A stretch of 23,972 bases of DNA from NCBI GenBank assembly GCA_024277355.1, contig JAJRVL010000008.1:1-23972 (forward strand), written 5' to 3'. Source of the DNA: an archaeon. GTDB taxonomy: Archaea; Iainarchaeota; Iainarchaeia; Iainarchaeales; 1-14-0-10-31-34. The position numbers were made by a program, and so were the translations under genes. Positions 1-9,700 of the stretch are shown here, piece after piece (position 1 is the first letter of the stretch; each line of letters begins with the position of its first letter). The notes under the pieces were generated by a model that saw only the letters and a program-made list of their open reading frames with translations, did no database searches and was not told the origin of the DNA.

Positions 1-1336
1 TCCTTCCACACAAGAAGCAATTACAACAGGACAACCATCATCAGGAACATCAGTACAAGCACCCCAGACATTACCTGAACAAGTTTGAGTTCCACTACAA
101 GAATCAATTGTTGTACACGCTTGTGTTGTTCCATCAGTACAAGGAGTTGAAGTTAATGCAATTGATTCAAACATTACTACTCCTGAACTTCTATAGGGTC
201 CTTTACTCCAGATTATTGGCAAATAATCTGCATTAGGGTTTAATACTGCAGGACCATGAGGAAACCAGTTGTCTGTTCCATCAGTTGTAATTTGAGTTGC
301 TGTTTCCCAAGTGTGAGTTGAAGAATTAAATTTTCTGTAATAAATATTATTGTTTCCTTCATATCCTGGAGCTTCAGGTTTAGAGTAAACTAAATGCAAA
401 TCATTTCCATGACTTGAAAGAGAAGGAATCCAATAAAAATCTGGAGAAAAAGCAATTGAATCAATTGTATTATAATTCCAGTTTCCTGTTCCATTATTGT
501 ATGGTTTCCAGGCATGTCTTAATTCTTGGCCTTGACTCCAGACTAAATGAAGTTCATTGTTAACATAACTCATTACAAAAGATCTTTCATAACCTATATT
601 TTGTCCTGAAACAATATCTGAATCAGAGTTCATTACAAACTGGCTTCCATTCCAAACAAAATACCTATAATCAACTGTTTCTCCTGAAGGACCATTAATA
701 TACAAGACTATTACTGCAGGAGTATTTCCAATTAAAAAAGCTCCAAATCTTACTTCTGATGCGCTTGTTTGATACACCCATCCTTGTTCAGGAAAAGTTA
801 ATCCGCCGTCAGTTGAACGAAAATATCTTACATTGCCTTCTATTGATGACGAAGTTCTTACAAACACCCAGATATTACTTGAATTTTCAACTAAAATCAT
901 TGGCCTTGTATAAGTATTCATATAAGATGCAGTTAAAGTAATTGCTGGATTAAAATCTGAATCAGTTTCTCCAGGAGAATTAAGTTTTCTGAAAAAAACA
1001 TTTGAATTTCCAGTCGGACTGGTAATATACATATTATCTAAATTATCTCCATCAATTGAAGCATGAAAATCCAAATAAGGCGTTGAACTTAATGTATCAG
1101 GGTTAGTTGCAGTCCAAGTTTGTCCTGCATCATTACTTTTTCTTAAACCATCAGTTGTATAACCGCTGTAAATAAACCATAAATCATTTGGATTGTTTTG
1201 AGACATAAAAATTTTATATCTTGGAATTGTAAGAACACATTCCCAGTTACCGCAAGTTGAAATTTGGGTTGGAACAGCAGAAACTGAACTAAAAAAAATA
1301 ATTAAAATTAATGCAAGAAAAAACAAATTTTTCATA
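1..1336 (-). CDS. Secreted Asp-box/BNR-like (sialidase-fold-like) protein with Cys-rich C-terminal modules, partial (C-terminus beyond left edge)
   Basis: Manual reverse-strand translation from the cat at 1334-1336 gives MKNLFFLALILIIFFSSVSAVPTQISTCGNWECVLTIPRYKIFMSQNNPNDLWFIYSGYTTDGLRKSNDAGQTWTATNPDT..., open with no stop to base 1. It has a signal peptide, Asp-box-like motifs SNDAGQTW and STDGGLTF, and a Cys-rich tail CTDGTTQACTTIDSCSGTQTCSGNVWGACTDVPDDGC. It is not in the supplied ORF track, probably because it has no stop inside the window. Confidence 0.85.
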
Positions 1337-1484
1337 ATAATCATTTCCTCTAAGAAAATCAGTATAATTAAGGATTTAATTCTTTAAATTAGTTTCTAAA
1401 ATCACTTTATAAAAATAATTTTCAATAAATGATTTTTTTCTTAAACCAAAAATAATTTAAATGAAAATAGTATATTATTATTGC

Positions 1485-3101
1485 ATGAAAAAAATAATTT
1501 TATTTTTAATTGTATTAACAATTATTTTTTCCGGATGTCTTGATATTTTAGATCCTTCTGGAGACGGAGACGGAGGAAATGAAACTTCATTAAGTGCGCC
1601 TGTAAATTTAAAAGCCACTCCTAAAACTAATTCAATTGAATTAAACTGGGAGCCAATAAAAAATAAGTCATTAAAAGGATATAATATTTATAGAAGTTTA
1701 AATCAAGGAAAAGATTATGGAAAAATTAATTCTTATCCTATAACTGAAAGTACTTACAGAGATAATGATTTAACCGGCGGATTAACTTATTATTATGTGA
1801 TTACTGCAGTAAGTGTTTCAGATAAAGAAAGCAATTATTCAACTGAAGTAAATTCTATTCCAATAATAATTAATGATGGCCCAAAAAACAAGCCTTATAC
1901 TGAATTATGTGAAAAAGAATTAACTCAATTAAAAACAGATCAATGTTTGAATGATTATGCAATTCAATATAATGATATTTCTGCCTGCAGAGAAATACAA
2001 GAATTATCAATTGATAATTGTGTAAAAGAAATTGCAGTTAACTTAAAAAATTATGATTCATGCAAAGAAATAAAATTAAAAAATATTACTTTAAGAGATG
2101 ACTGCTTTTATGACATTGCAGTTTCATTAAAAGATTCAGGCGGATGCAGTCAAATAATTGATTCAACTAAATCAAATACTTGTAATGCAATTGTTGCGGC
2201 ATCAGAAAACAGTATTGAAGCATGCAGGAAAATTTCAGTTGTATCAGACAGAGATTTATGTTTTGAAGCAATTGGAGTAAGCACAAAAGATTTTGTTGTA
2301 TGCAGTTATATTTCAACTGCAAAAACAGGAACAGGATTTAAAAGAGATGCTTGTTTAGACACTGTTTTAACTGAAATAAAAGAAGAAACAATGTGCGGGT
2401 ATTATTTAGGAACAGACAGCAAAAATAATTGTTACAGCGAAGTTGGAAAAGACAAAAAAAATCCTTTAATCTGCAATAAATCAACAGACCAAAATATTTC
2501 AGATCACTGTATTAAATCAATTGCAGTGGAAGAACAGGATTCAGATTATTGTTTACAAATCATTCAAAGCGAAGTATTTCAGGAATGTGTAATTGAAGTA
2601 GGAGAAGCAAATCCAAACAAAGATGCATGCGAATTAATTGAAAATTTAGCAACAAAAGACAACTGTTTTTATAATACAGCTAAATCAACACAAAAAGACC
2701 TTTACTGCAGTTATGTTCTAGATAATGAAATAAGAGATACCTGTTATGACGAATTAGCAGTTGAATTAAATAATGAAGACTTATGTTCTAAAATAAGACT
2801 GCTTAACTCTAACCTGAAAAATCATTGTTATTCAAATATTGCAATTAATTCTTTGAATTCAAGTTTATGCGAAAACCTTACTGGAAGCACTCAATATATT
2901 GACTGTTATAATAATATTGCAGTATCATTAACTGATTACAGTTTATGTAATTCAGCAGACAAATATTTCCCTAAATTAATTTATGCAACAAGCGATTACT
3001 GCTTTTATGCTTATGCAGAAGACACTAACAATGCTAATGCCTGTGCAGAAATAAGAAATATTGGTTATAGAACAAACTGCGATACAAATGCTTTAGGTTG
3101 A
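1485..3101 (+). CDS. Putative lipoprotein: fibronectin type III domain followed by about 15 two-cysteine modules
   Basis: The ORF track start is 1461; the internal Met at 1485 (MKKIILFLIVLTIIFSGCLDIL) gives a proper signal peptide with a lipobox-like SGC. FN3-like segment APVNLKATPKTNSIELNWEPIKNKSLKGYNIYRS...GLTYYYVITAVS. The remainder has regular C-x11-C modules. Confidence 0.8.
   Translation: MKKIILFLIVLTIIFSGCLDILDPSGDGDGGNETSLSAPVNLKATPKTNSIELNWEPIKNKSLKGYNIYRSLNQGKDYGKINSYPITESTYRDNDLTGGLTYYYVITAVSVSDKESNYSTEVNSIPIIINDGPKNKPYTELCEKELTQLKTDQCLNDYAIQYNDISACREIQELSIDNCVKEIAVNLKNYDSCKEIKLKNITLRDDCFYDIAVSLKDSGGCSQIIDSTKSNTCNAIVAASENSIEACRKISVVSDRDLCFEAIGVSTKDFVVCSYISTAKTGTGFKRDACLDTVLTEIKEETMCGYYLGTDSKNNCYSEVGKDKKNPLICNKSTDQNISDHCIKSIAVEEQDSDYCLQIIQSEVFQECVIEVGEANPNKDACELIENLATKDNCFYNTAKSTQKDLYCSYVLDNEIRDTCYDELAVELNNEDLCSKIRLLNSNLKNHCYSNIAINSLNSSLCENLTGSTQYIDCYNNIAVSLTDYSLCNSADKYFPKLIYATSDYCFYAYAEDTNNANACAEIRNIGYRTNCDTNALG
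1908..3092 (+). repeat. Degenerate protein-level tandem repeat: 15 C-x(10-17)-C modules, mostly C-x11-C, with consensus like 'C..I.....rd.Cy..iAv...d...'
   Basis: Read directly from the translation: CEKELTQLKTDQC, CREIQELSIDNC, CKEIKLKNITLRDDC, CSQIIDSTKSNTC, CRKISVVSDRDLC, CLQIIQSEVFQEC, CELIENLATKDNC, CSYVLDNEIRDTC, CENLTGSTQYIDC, CAEIRNIGYRTNC and others. Confidence 0.8.
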
Positions 3102-3103
3102 AT

Positions 3104-3757
3104 TCAAATACTTTTTAATTCTTTTATTGTTTTACTGAATGAATCAGATTTAAATATAGTGCTTCCTGAAACAATAATATTTGTTCCTGCTGAAATTAAT
3201 TTTTTTGAGTTTTCTGTATTAACTCCTCCGTCAACTTCAATTTCAAAAAACAAATTTTTTTCTTTTCTTAATTTATCTAATTCTTTTATTTTATTTATAT
3301 TTTCTTCAATGAATTTTTGTCCGCCAAAACCTGCATTAACTGTCATAACTAAAACAAAATCTATTTCTTCAATAAAAGGAAGAATTGAATTAACTTCAAT
3401 TTTTGAGTTAACAGCTAAACCTGCCTTGCAGTTTTTTGACTTAATTTTTTGAATTAATTCTTTTGGATCAGAACAAGCTTCAACATGAAAACTTAAATAA
3501 ACAGGATTAAATTCTAAAAAACTTTCAATAACTTCTTCTGGTTTTTCTATCATTAAATGAATATCTAAAGGCTGAGAAATTTTTTTATAAAAAGAATTTA
3601 TTTTTTCAACTGGAAAAGACATATTTGGAACATATTTGTTGTCCATTACATCTAAATGAATTCCATCTGCTCCTGCTTCCTGAATTTTTTTTATTTCATT
3701 TTCTATATCAGAAAAATTTGCTGCAAGAAGAGAAGGAAAAACTTTAATTTTATTCAT
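3104..3757 (-). CDS. rpe: Ribulose-phosphate 3-epimerase
   Basis: Protein KVFPSLLAANFSDIENEIKKIQEAGADGIHLDVMDNKYVPNMSF...DIHLMIEKPE...FHVEA...LAVNSKIEV...VLVMTVNAGFGGQKFIEE...EVDGGVNTENSKKLISAGTNIIVSGSTIF is the classic Rpe family pattern. The ORF track start is 3775; Met7 at 3757 is the more probable start. Confidence 0.93.
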   Translation of the reverse strand: MNKIKVFPSLLAANFSDIENEIKKIQEAGADGIHLDVMDNKYVPNMSFPVEKINSFYKKISQPLDIHLMIEKPEEVIESFLEFNPVYLSFHVEACSDPKELIQKIKSKNCKAGLAVNSKIEVNSILPFIEEIDFVLVMTVNAGFGGQKFIEENINKIKELDKLRKEKNLFFEIEVDGGVNTENSKKLISAGTNIIVSGSTIFKSDSFSKTIKELKSI

Positions 3758-3794
3758 AAATAAAAAAAGAGACAAGAAGATTAAAAAGGTTTAT

Positions 3795-3887
3795 TGGACC
3801 GAGTGGGAATCGAACCCACAATCTTATCCTCTTCCGAGAAATATCAAAAAATGCGAAGGATATGTGTTACCATTACACTACCGGCCC
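3795..3887 (-). tRNA. tRNA-Ala (anticodon CGC) with 21-nt intron, no encoded CCA
   Basis: Minus-strand fold: acceptor GGGCCGG/TCGGTCC with G3:U70 (alanine identity), T8 A9, D arm GTGT-AATGGTA-ACAC, anticodon stem TATCC/GGATA, loop TTCGCA|intron|A, variable AGATT, T arm GTGGG-TTCGATT-CCCAC, discriminator A. The mature length is 72 nt. Confidence 0.88.
3831..3851 (-). other. tRNA intron at canonical position 37/38
   Basis: Intron TTTTTTGATATTTCTCGGAAG. Central 4-bp helix TTCG (32-35) with CGGA (intron 3' side), flanked by 3-nt bulges CA|T and AG|A. This is a bulge-helix-bulge with a weak inner helix. Confidence 0.72.
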
Positions 3888-3979
3888 ATACTAAATCTTA
3901 GGCACACAAAACAATTTAAATTTTAACAGTCTATTATTAATAGAGTTGAATTAATAGAATTGAATTTGGATGTGGTATA

Positions 3980-5452
3980 ATGAAATTTTTATTTGAATCA
4001 GATTTTAATAAAATTGATGTCGGAGTATTATTTATTGGATTAACTAAAGAACAATTAAAAAAAGAAAAAACAGGCAAACTAAAAGAAATTTTAAGCATAG
4101 CTGAAAAAATTGATTTTTTTAAAGGAGAAGAAGGACAAAGTTCATTGCTTTCTTTGCCTTTAGGATTTAAAGCAAAAAAAGTTTCTTTAATTGGTTTAGG
4201 AAAAGAAAAAGAATTAACTAAAGATAAAATAAGAAAATTAACTTGAAGTTTAATTAAAGCAGCAAAAGCAAAAAAATTAGATAATGCTGGGTTTGTTTTT
4301 AAATCAAAGTTAAAAGAAAAAGACTGGGTTGAAGTTGTATCAGAAATTTCTGGTTTAGCTGATTATTCTTTTTCAAAATATAAATCAAAACCAAAGAAAA
4401 AAGAAGAACAGGAAACAAAAATACAAAAAGTTTTTTTGGGAACAAAAAAAACAAGTGAATTAGAAAAATTAATTAAAGAAAAAACAATTATTTCAGAAAA
4501 CGTTAATTTAGTCAGAGATTTAGTTAATGAAAATGCAAAAGACAAAAATCCTTTATTGTTTGCAAAAAAAGCAAAAGAAATTTGTGTTAAAGCAAAAATT
4601 AAATTTAATGTAATTGATTCAAAGCAGTTAGAAAAAATGAATGCAGGATTAATTTTAGCTGTAGGAAGAGGCGCAGAAGAAAAACCAAGAATTGTTGTAA
4701 TGCAGTATAATGGAGGAAAAGGAAAACCAATTGTGTTGGCTGGAAAAGGAATAACTTTTGATTCAGGCGGATTAAATTTAAAGCCTACAGGCTATATTGA
4801 ATCAATGAAAGAAGATATGGCTGGAGCTGCAACTGTTTTAGGAATAATTAAAACAGCAAAAGAACTGAAATTAAAGCAGAATATTATTGCTGTAATGGCT
4901 TTAGCTGAAAATGCTGTTGGAAGCAAAGCATTTAAGCCTGGAGATATTTTTAAGGCATTTAATGGAAAAACTGTTCAGATTGGAAACACTGATGCTGAAG
5001 GAAGACTTGTTTTAGCAGATGCAATGGCTTATGCAGTAAAAAAATTTAAGCCAAAATTAATGATTGATTATGCAACTTTAACTGGATTGGCTTTGCATGT
5101 TACTGCAGGTTATGCTGCATGCTTTTTAACTAACAAAGATGAATTATACAAAAAAATGTTTGATTCAGGAAATGAAGTTTCAGAAAGAATCTGGCAACTG
5201 CCTTTGTATAAAGAATTTTCTGAGGATATGAAAGGAGATATTTCTGACTTAAAGAATACAAGCAGGAATAAATATGGAGGAACTAGTTCTGCTTCAGCTT
5301 TCTTAAAAGAATTTGTAGGAGAAACAGACTGGATTCATTTAGATATTGCTCCAGTAGCATTTAATGAAGATAAAGAAACCGAATACAGTCCTAAAGGCGG
5401 AACTGGTTTTGGAGTAAGATTAACAATAAATTACTTAAAGAAATTAAAGTAA
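3980..5452 (+). CDS. pepA: M17 leucyl/cytosol aminopeptidase interrupted by one in-frame TGA at 4244-4246
   Basis: ORFs 3980..4246 and 4436..5452 are in the same frame. Hand translation of 4247-4435 in that frame (SLIKAAKAKKLDNAGFVFKSKLKEKDWVEVVSEISGLADYSFSKYKSKPKKKEEQETKIQKVFL) has no other stop. M17 signatures: GKGITFDSGGLNLKPTGYIESMKEDMAGAATVLG and NTDAEGRLVLADAMAYA. Confidence 0.88.
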
Positions 5453-5453
5453 A

Positions 5454-5984
5454 TTAATTCTTCTTTTTTTTCTTTTTTGGTTTGTTTAATTCTTCATGAA
5501 CGTCTTCAACTTTTTCTTTGATGTCTTCTGCTCTTTCTTTTATTTCCTCTGAATGAGAAAACACTTTAATTAATTTTGCTATGCCTGTAAAAATTGGTTT
5601 TAGAAGATAAAATACACCTAAAGATTTATGAAAAATCAAGTAAGGAATAAAAGATAAAATATAAATAAACTTATTTTTGATAAATCTTTCTTTTTGCGGT
5701 GCAACTAAATAATGATGAATTAAATCAATTGCTAAAATAGATACAGCTAAATAATCAATTGCTTCAAGTAATGAAAGGAATTCTTCAGAAAAAGGAACAT
5801 GAAAAATTAAATGAGCTATTTCAAATAAACCAACAATAATTATTACTGCTAAAGAACCTTCAGCAATTAACTTCCATTTAGGCATATGCCTTGAAGGAAT
5901 TAAACCTTTTAATTTTTCTTTTGCTTTTTTTTTGAATCTTCCAGCTTTATCTCTTAACTGGTTAGCTCTTTTGCTTAAACCCAT
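5454..5984 (-). CDS. Small multi-pass membrane protein, voltage-sensor-like (speculative), with charged termini
   Basis: 176 aa ORF with hydrophobic helices (KLIAEGSLAVIIIVGLFEIAHLIF; LLEAIDYLAVSILAIDLIHHYL; FIYILSFIPYLIF), a basic N-terminus and a Lys/Glu-rich C-terminal tail. Confidence 0.65.
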   Translation of the reverse strand: MGLSKRANQLRDKAGRFKKKAKEKLKGLIPSRHMPKWKLIAEGSLAVIIIVGLFEIAHLIFHVPFSEEFLSLLEAIDYLAVSILAIDLIHHYLVAPQKERFIKNKFIYILSFIPYLIFHKSLGVFYLLKPIFTGIAKLIKVFSHSEEIKERAEDIKEKVEDVHEELNKPKKKKKKN

Positions 5985-6023
5985 GCAAAATAAAAAGATT
6001 CAAAGATTTAAAAGATTAAGCTA

Positions 6024-6632
6024 TTATTTCCCTAAACGAGCTGGAATATCTTGTGATTTATTAGAATTCTTAAATTCTTTCATAAGTTTCTCGTATTCTG
6101 CTTTTCTTTTTACAGGATTCTTTATATTTGATAAAGAATTAAGCTTTGAAATTAGTTTTAATCCAGCTGAATATTCTTTATAAAATTTATTAGCTTGAAT
6201 TGAAAACTCTGTTAATCTTGCTTTTCTGATTTGCTGGTTTTTTATTTTGTCTATTCCCAAAAAACGAGACAAAAGTTTGATTTCTTCTTTTAAAGAAACT
6301 GCTAACGCCTTAAAAGCTCCTGCAAAACCATATGCAGTAATATTTTCTCTAAGCCTCATTTCTGAAACTTGTCTATTTAGAGTTCCTGTTTCCTCTAATA
6401 CTAATGTTTCCAAGTCCCTTATAAAATTCCTGTTTTCTTTCATCATTCCTAAAACAGTTTTTCTTTTAATCTTAAAAAAATTAGGAAACTTGGATTTTAT
6501 TTTTAATAAAGAATAAATTTTTGTTTTTAAAGTAAACTTAATAGATTTTGCTGAAACCCTCAGCAAAGCTTTTACAGGTTTGTGTTTTTTTCTTTTAACT
6601 ACAAGCTTTCTTTTTTTTGCAAATGAAGGCAT
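6024..6632 (-). CDS. Hypothetical basic coiled-coil-like protein
   Basis: ORF track start is 6848, but residues 1-72 are low-complexity antisense of the HerA-like gene start. Internal Met at 6632 (MPSFAKKRKLVVKRKKHK...) is more plausible. No family recognised. Confidence 0.6.
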   Translation of the reverse strand: MPSFAKKRKLVVKRKKHKPVKALLRVSAKSIKFTLKTKIYSLLKIKSKFPNFFKIKRKTVLGMMKENRNFIRDLETLVLEETGTLNRQVSEMRLRENITAYGFAGAFKALAVSLKEEIKLLSRFLGIDKIKNQQIRKARLTEFSIQANKFYKEYSAGLKLISKLNSLSNIKNPVKRKAEYEKLMKEFKNSNKSQDIPARLGK

Positions 6633-6710
6633 ACTAAAAAAAACAACACCAAAAACGCTAAAAAGCGATATTTTAATATAACTTTGAACATATTTTTTTA
6701 GTGGATTAAA

Positions 6711-9700
6711 ATGACAGAAGAAGAAAACGAAATTCAGGAAGAAACAGAACAGCCAAGGCCAATTACAGGCGAAAGAGTAAAAAAAACTATTGTAAAAGAA
6801 GATATTGATATTTTTGACGAAGTATTTGAAGGCAAAACAGAAAAACACACAGAAGAAGAAATAACTGAAAATAAAGTAATTGAAGAAACAGAAAAAACTG
6901 AAGAAAAAGAAAACAAAGAGGTAAAAGAAGAAAATAAATCAGAAAACAAAAAAGAAGAAATAAAAGAAACAGATAAACCAGAAAATGAATTAGAATTAAA
7001 TAAAACAGAAATTGAAGAAAAAGAAAACAAAGAAATTGAATTAAACAAAAAAGAAATAAAAGAAAAAACAGAAACAAAAACCTCAAAAAAAACAAAAAAT
7101 AAAGCAGGAAAAAAACAAGGAAAAAAGAAAAAAGAATATGAAAAAAAAGAATTAACTTTAAAAGAAAAAAAATTACTTAAACAAGCAGAACAAGATGAAT
7201 TAGAAGAAGAACTTCCTGAAAAAGAAGAAATAAAAAAAGAAATAGTAAAAAAAGCAAGAAAGTTTTCAGAAGAAGAATTTGATGATTATGATATTGACGG
7301 GTTTGACGAAGATGATGTTGAAGGAATAGAATATTATTCAGGTGAAGAAAAATTTACTTTAGGAAATGAAAATGAAAAAACAGAAATAAAAACTGCAATA
7401 ACTGGATTAGAATTAAATTTTTTAAAAAACGAAGAAACCGGAAATTCTTTTATTGGAAGAAAAAAAAGTGTTTTTGAAAAACACAAAGATAAAGCAGGAT
7501 TATTTATTGGAAGAGTAAATGAAGAAGAAAAAGACGGCGAAAATATTTTACTGGATTCATTAAATCCCCATGTAGTTTTTGTCTGCGGGGCAAGAGGTTC
7601 AGGAAAAAGTTATGTTTTAGGTGTTTTAGCTGAAGAACTTTCAATGAAAAACAAAGACGTAGGAATAATTGTAATTGATCCAATCGGAGTATTTTGGTCA
7701 ATGCGTTTTCCAAACAAAGAACTAAACGAAGTTTCAAGATTAAGCCAATGGGGTTTAATGCCTCAGGGATTAGATACAATAAAAGTTTTTATTCCTGATG
7801 GAATTAAATCTGAAGTTCCAAAATCAACTTATGATTCAACTTTTTCAATTAGGCCTTCACTGCTTACATCAGAAGACTGGTGTTTAACTTTTGGAATGGA
7901 AAGATTTGGTCCAAGCGGATTACTTTTAAGCAAAGTACTAAAAAAATTAGTACATGGGTTTAAAGCGGATGGAAAATACATTAAAGCCAAAAAAAATTTT
8001 TCTTTGCATGACATGATTTATTGTTTAGAAAAAGATGAAGAATTAAATTCAAGAGAAAGAGGATATAAACAGGATTCAATTAGAGCTTTGGTTTCAAGAT
8101 TTGAAGCAGCAAAAAGCTGGGGAATTTTTTCAGAAAAAGGAACTCCTTTAGGAGAATTAAGCAGAGCAAATCAATTAACTATTTTAGATACAAGTTTTTT
8201 AGAAGATGATGTAACTGCTTTGGTTATTGGAATAATTGCAAGAAGGCTTTTAGCTGCAAGAAAAATTTCAACAAGAAAAGAAGCAGCAAAAAAATTCAAG
8301 AAAACCATTGATGAACTCCTTGAAATGGATGTTCCTCCTACCTGGCTTTTTATTGATGAAGCACACACTTTAATTCCTTCAGGAAATGTTAAGACTCCTG
8401 CTACTTCAGCTTTAGTTGAATATGTAAAACAGGGAAGAAGACCTGGTTGTTCACTTGTTTTTGCAACACAACAGCCTTCAGCAATTGATACAAGAGTTTT
8501 AAGCCAGTTAGACATTTTAATTTCACACAAATTAGTTTTTGATGACGATATTAAAGCCATCTTTAAGAGAATTCCTTCAATTGTTCCTCCTAAATACAAA
8601 AAAACTGCTTTTATTAGAACTCTTTCAGTTGGAACTGCTTTAACTGCTGACAGAAGAGAAGAAACAACAAGAGCTTTTGTAATGAACATAAGACCTAGAA
8701 TGTCACAGCATGAAGGAAGAGATGCAGAAACATCAGAAGCAAAAGAAGACATAAATGAAGAAGAAGTAATGCAGATCGCAAGTGAAATGATTTGGCAAAA
8801 ATTAAGTGAAGAAGAATTATCAATGGAAAAAATAAATATGTTAGTTGATACTTTAAACGGAAAATATCAAAGCAAAGTAATGCTTTCAAGTGTCTTGGAT
8901 AATTTAGAAGAAAGAGGAGCAGTAATTGAAGCTGAAAGAGTTTATATTAAAGGAAAAGAAAAAATTGAAGTAGAGGAAGAAGAAATTGAAACAGCAGAAG
9001 AAAAATACGAAAAAGAAATTGAACAAGGATTAAAAGAACAGGAATTAAATAAAGGAAAAACTTCAGTGAATGAACCTGTTGTTTCAGTAAAAGAATTAAA
9101 TATTTCATTAAAAATAGATGAAGAAAACGCAAGAAAAATTGCAGAAAAAAACAGAAAAAAGAAAAAACTTGGCTTGTTTGGAAAAGAAGAAAGAGTTAAA
9201 GGAATTGTATTGAATTTTGAGCCGTTATATAAAATTAGTTTAAATGATTTTGATTTAAAAAGAGAATTTGTTTCAGTGGATTGTTTTGTTAATGCAATAA
9301 CAGGAGAATTAATTCATTTTAATGGAAAAGAATTTGTTGAATCAAAAGGATTAAACAAAGCAAACTCTTTGAATAAAGATGAATCATTTATGTTAAGGGA
9401 ATTAATGCAAAAAAAATCAGTTAAAGAAATACTTGAATTAAATCCGGAAATTACAGAAGAAAAATCAAAGAAAATTATTTTTTCTTTAGCAGAAAAAGAA
9501 TTCCTTTCAAAAGAAAAAAAAGACGGAAGAATACAGTATTCTTTAAATAAAAAAATTGATTTGCCTTTTACTCCAAGACATAAATTAATTTCTTCTGTTA
9601 ATAACTGCAGTTTTACTGAGTCAGCAGTAAATAATGCAGTAAAAGAAAAATATTCTTTTGAAGAAATAAATGAAATGATTAAAGGTTTTTGGTCTAATTC

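Noticed and set aside
759-941. Plus-strand 60-aa ORF
   Set aside because: Antisense to the continuous 445-codon secreted protein on the minus strand.
3159-3452. Plus-strand 97-aa ORF
   Set aside because: Antisense to rpe.
4244-4246. Genome-wide reassignment of UGA (e.g. to Gly or Trp)
   Set aside because: At least three neighbouring genes terminate naturally with TGA, and readthrough there would run into implausible sequence. Trp is encoded by TGG throughout. A local event or error is more likely.
6633-6848. 72-aa N-terminal extension of the 6024..6848 ORF
   Set aside because: It overlaps the start of the HerA-like gene on the opposite strand and is low-complexity Phe-rich. The internal Met at 6632 is more plausible.
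6734-7095. Minus-strand Phe/Leu/Ser-rich ORFs of 104 and 102 aa in two frames
   Set aside because: Antisense of the Glu/Lys-rich repeat coding region of the HerA-like gene. The composition is a mirror of GAA/AAA codons, with no family features.
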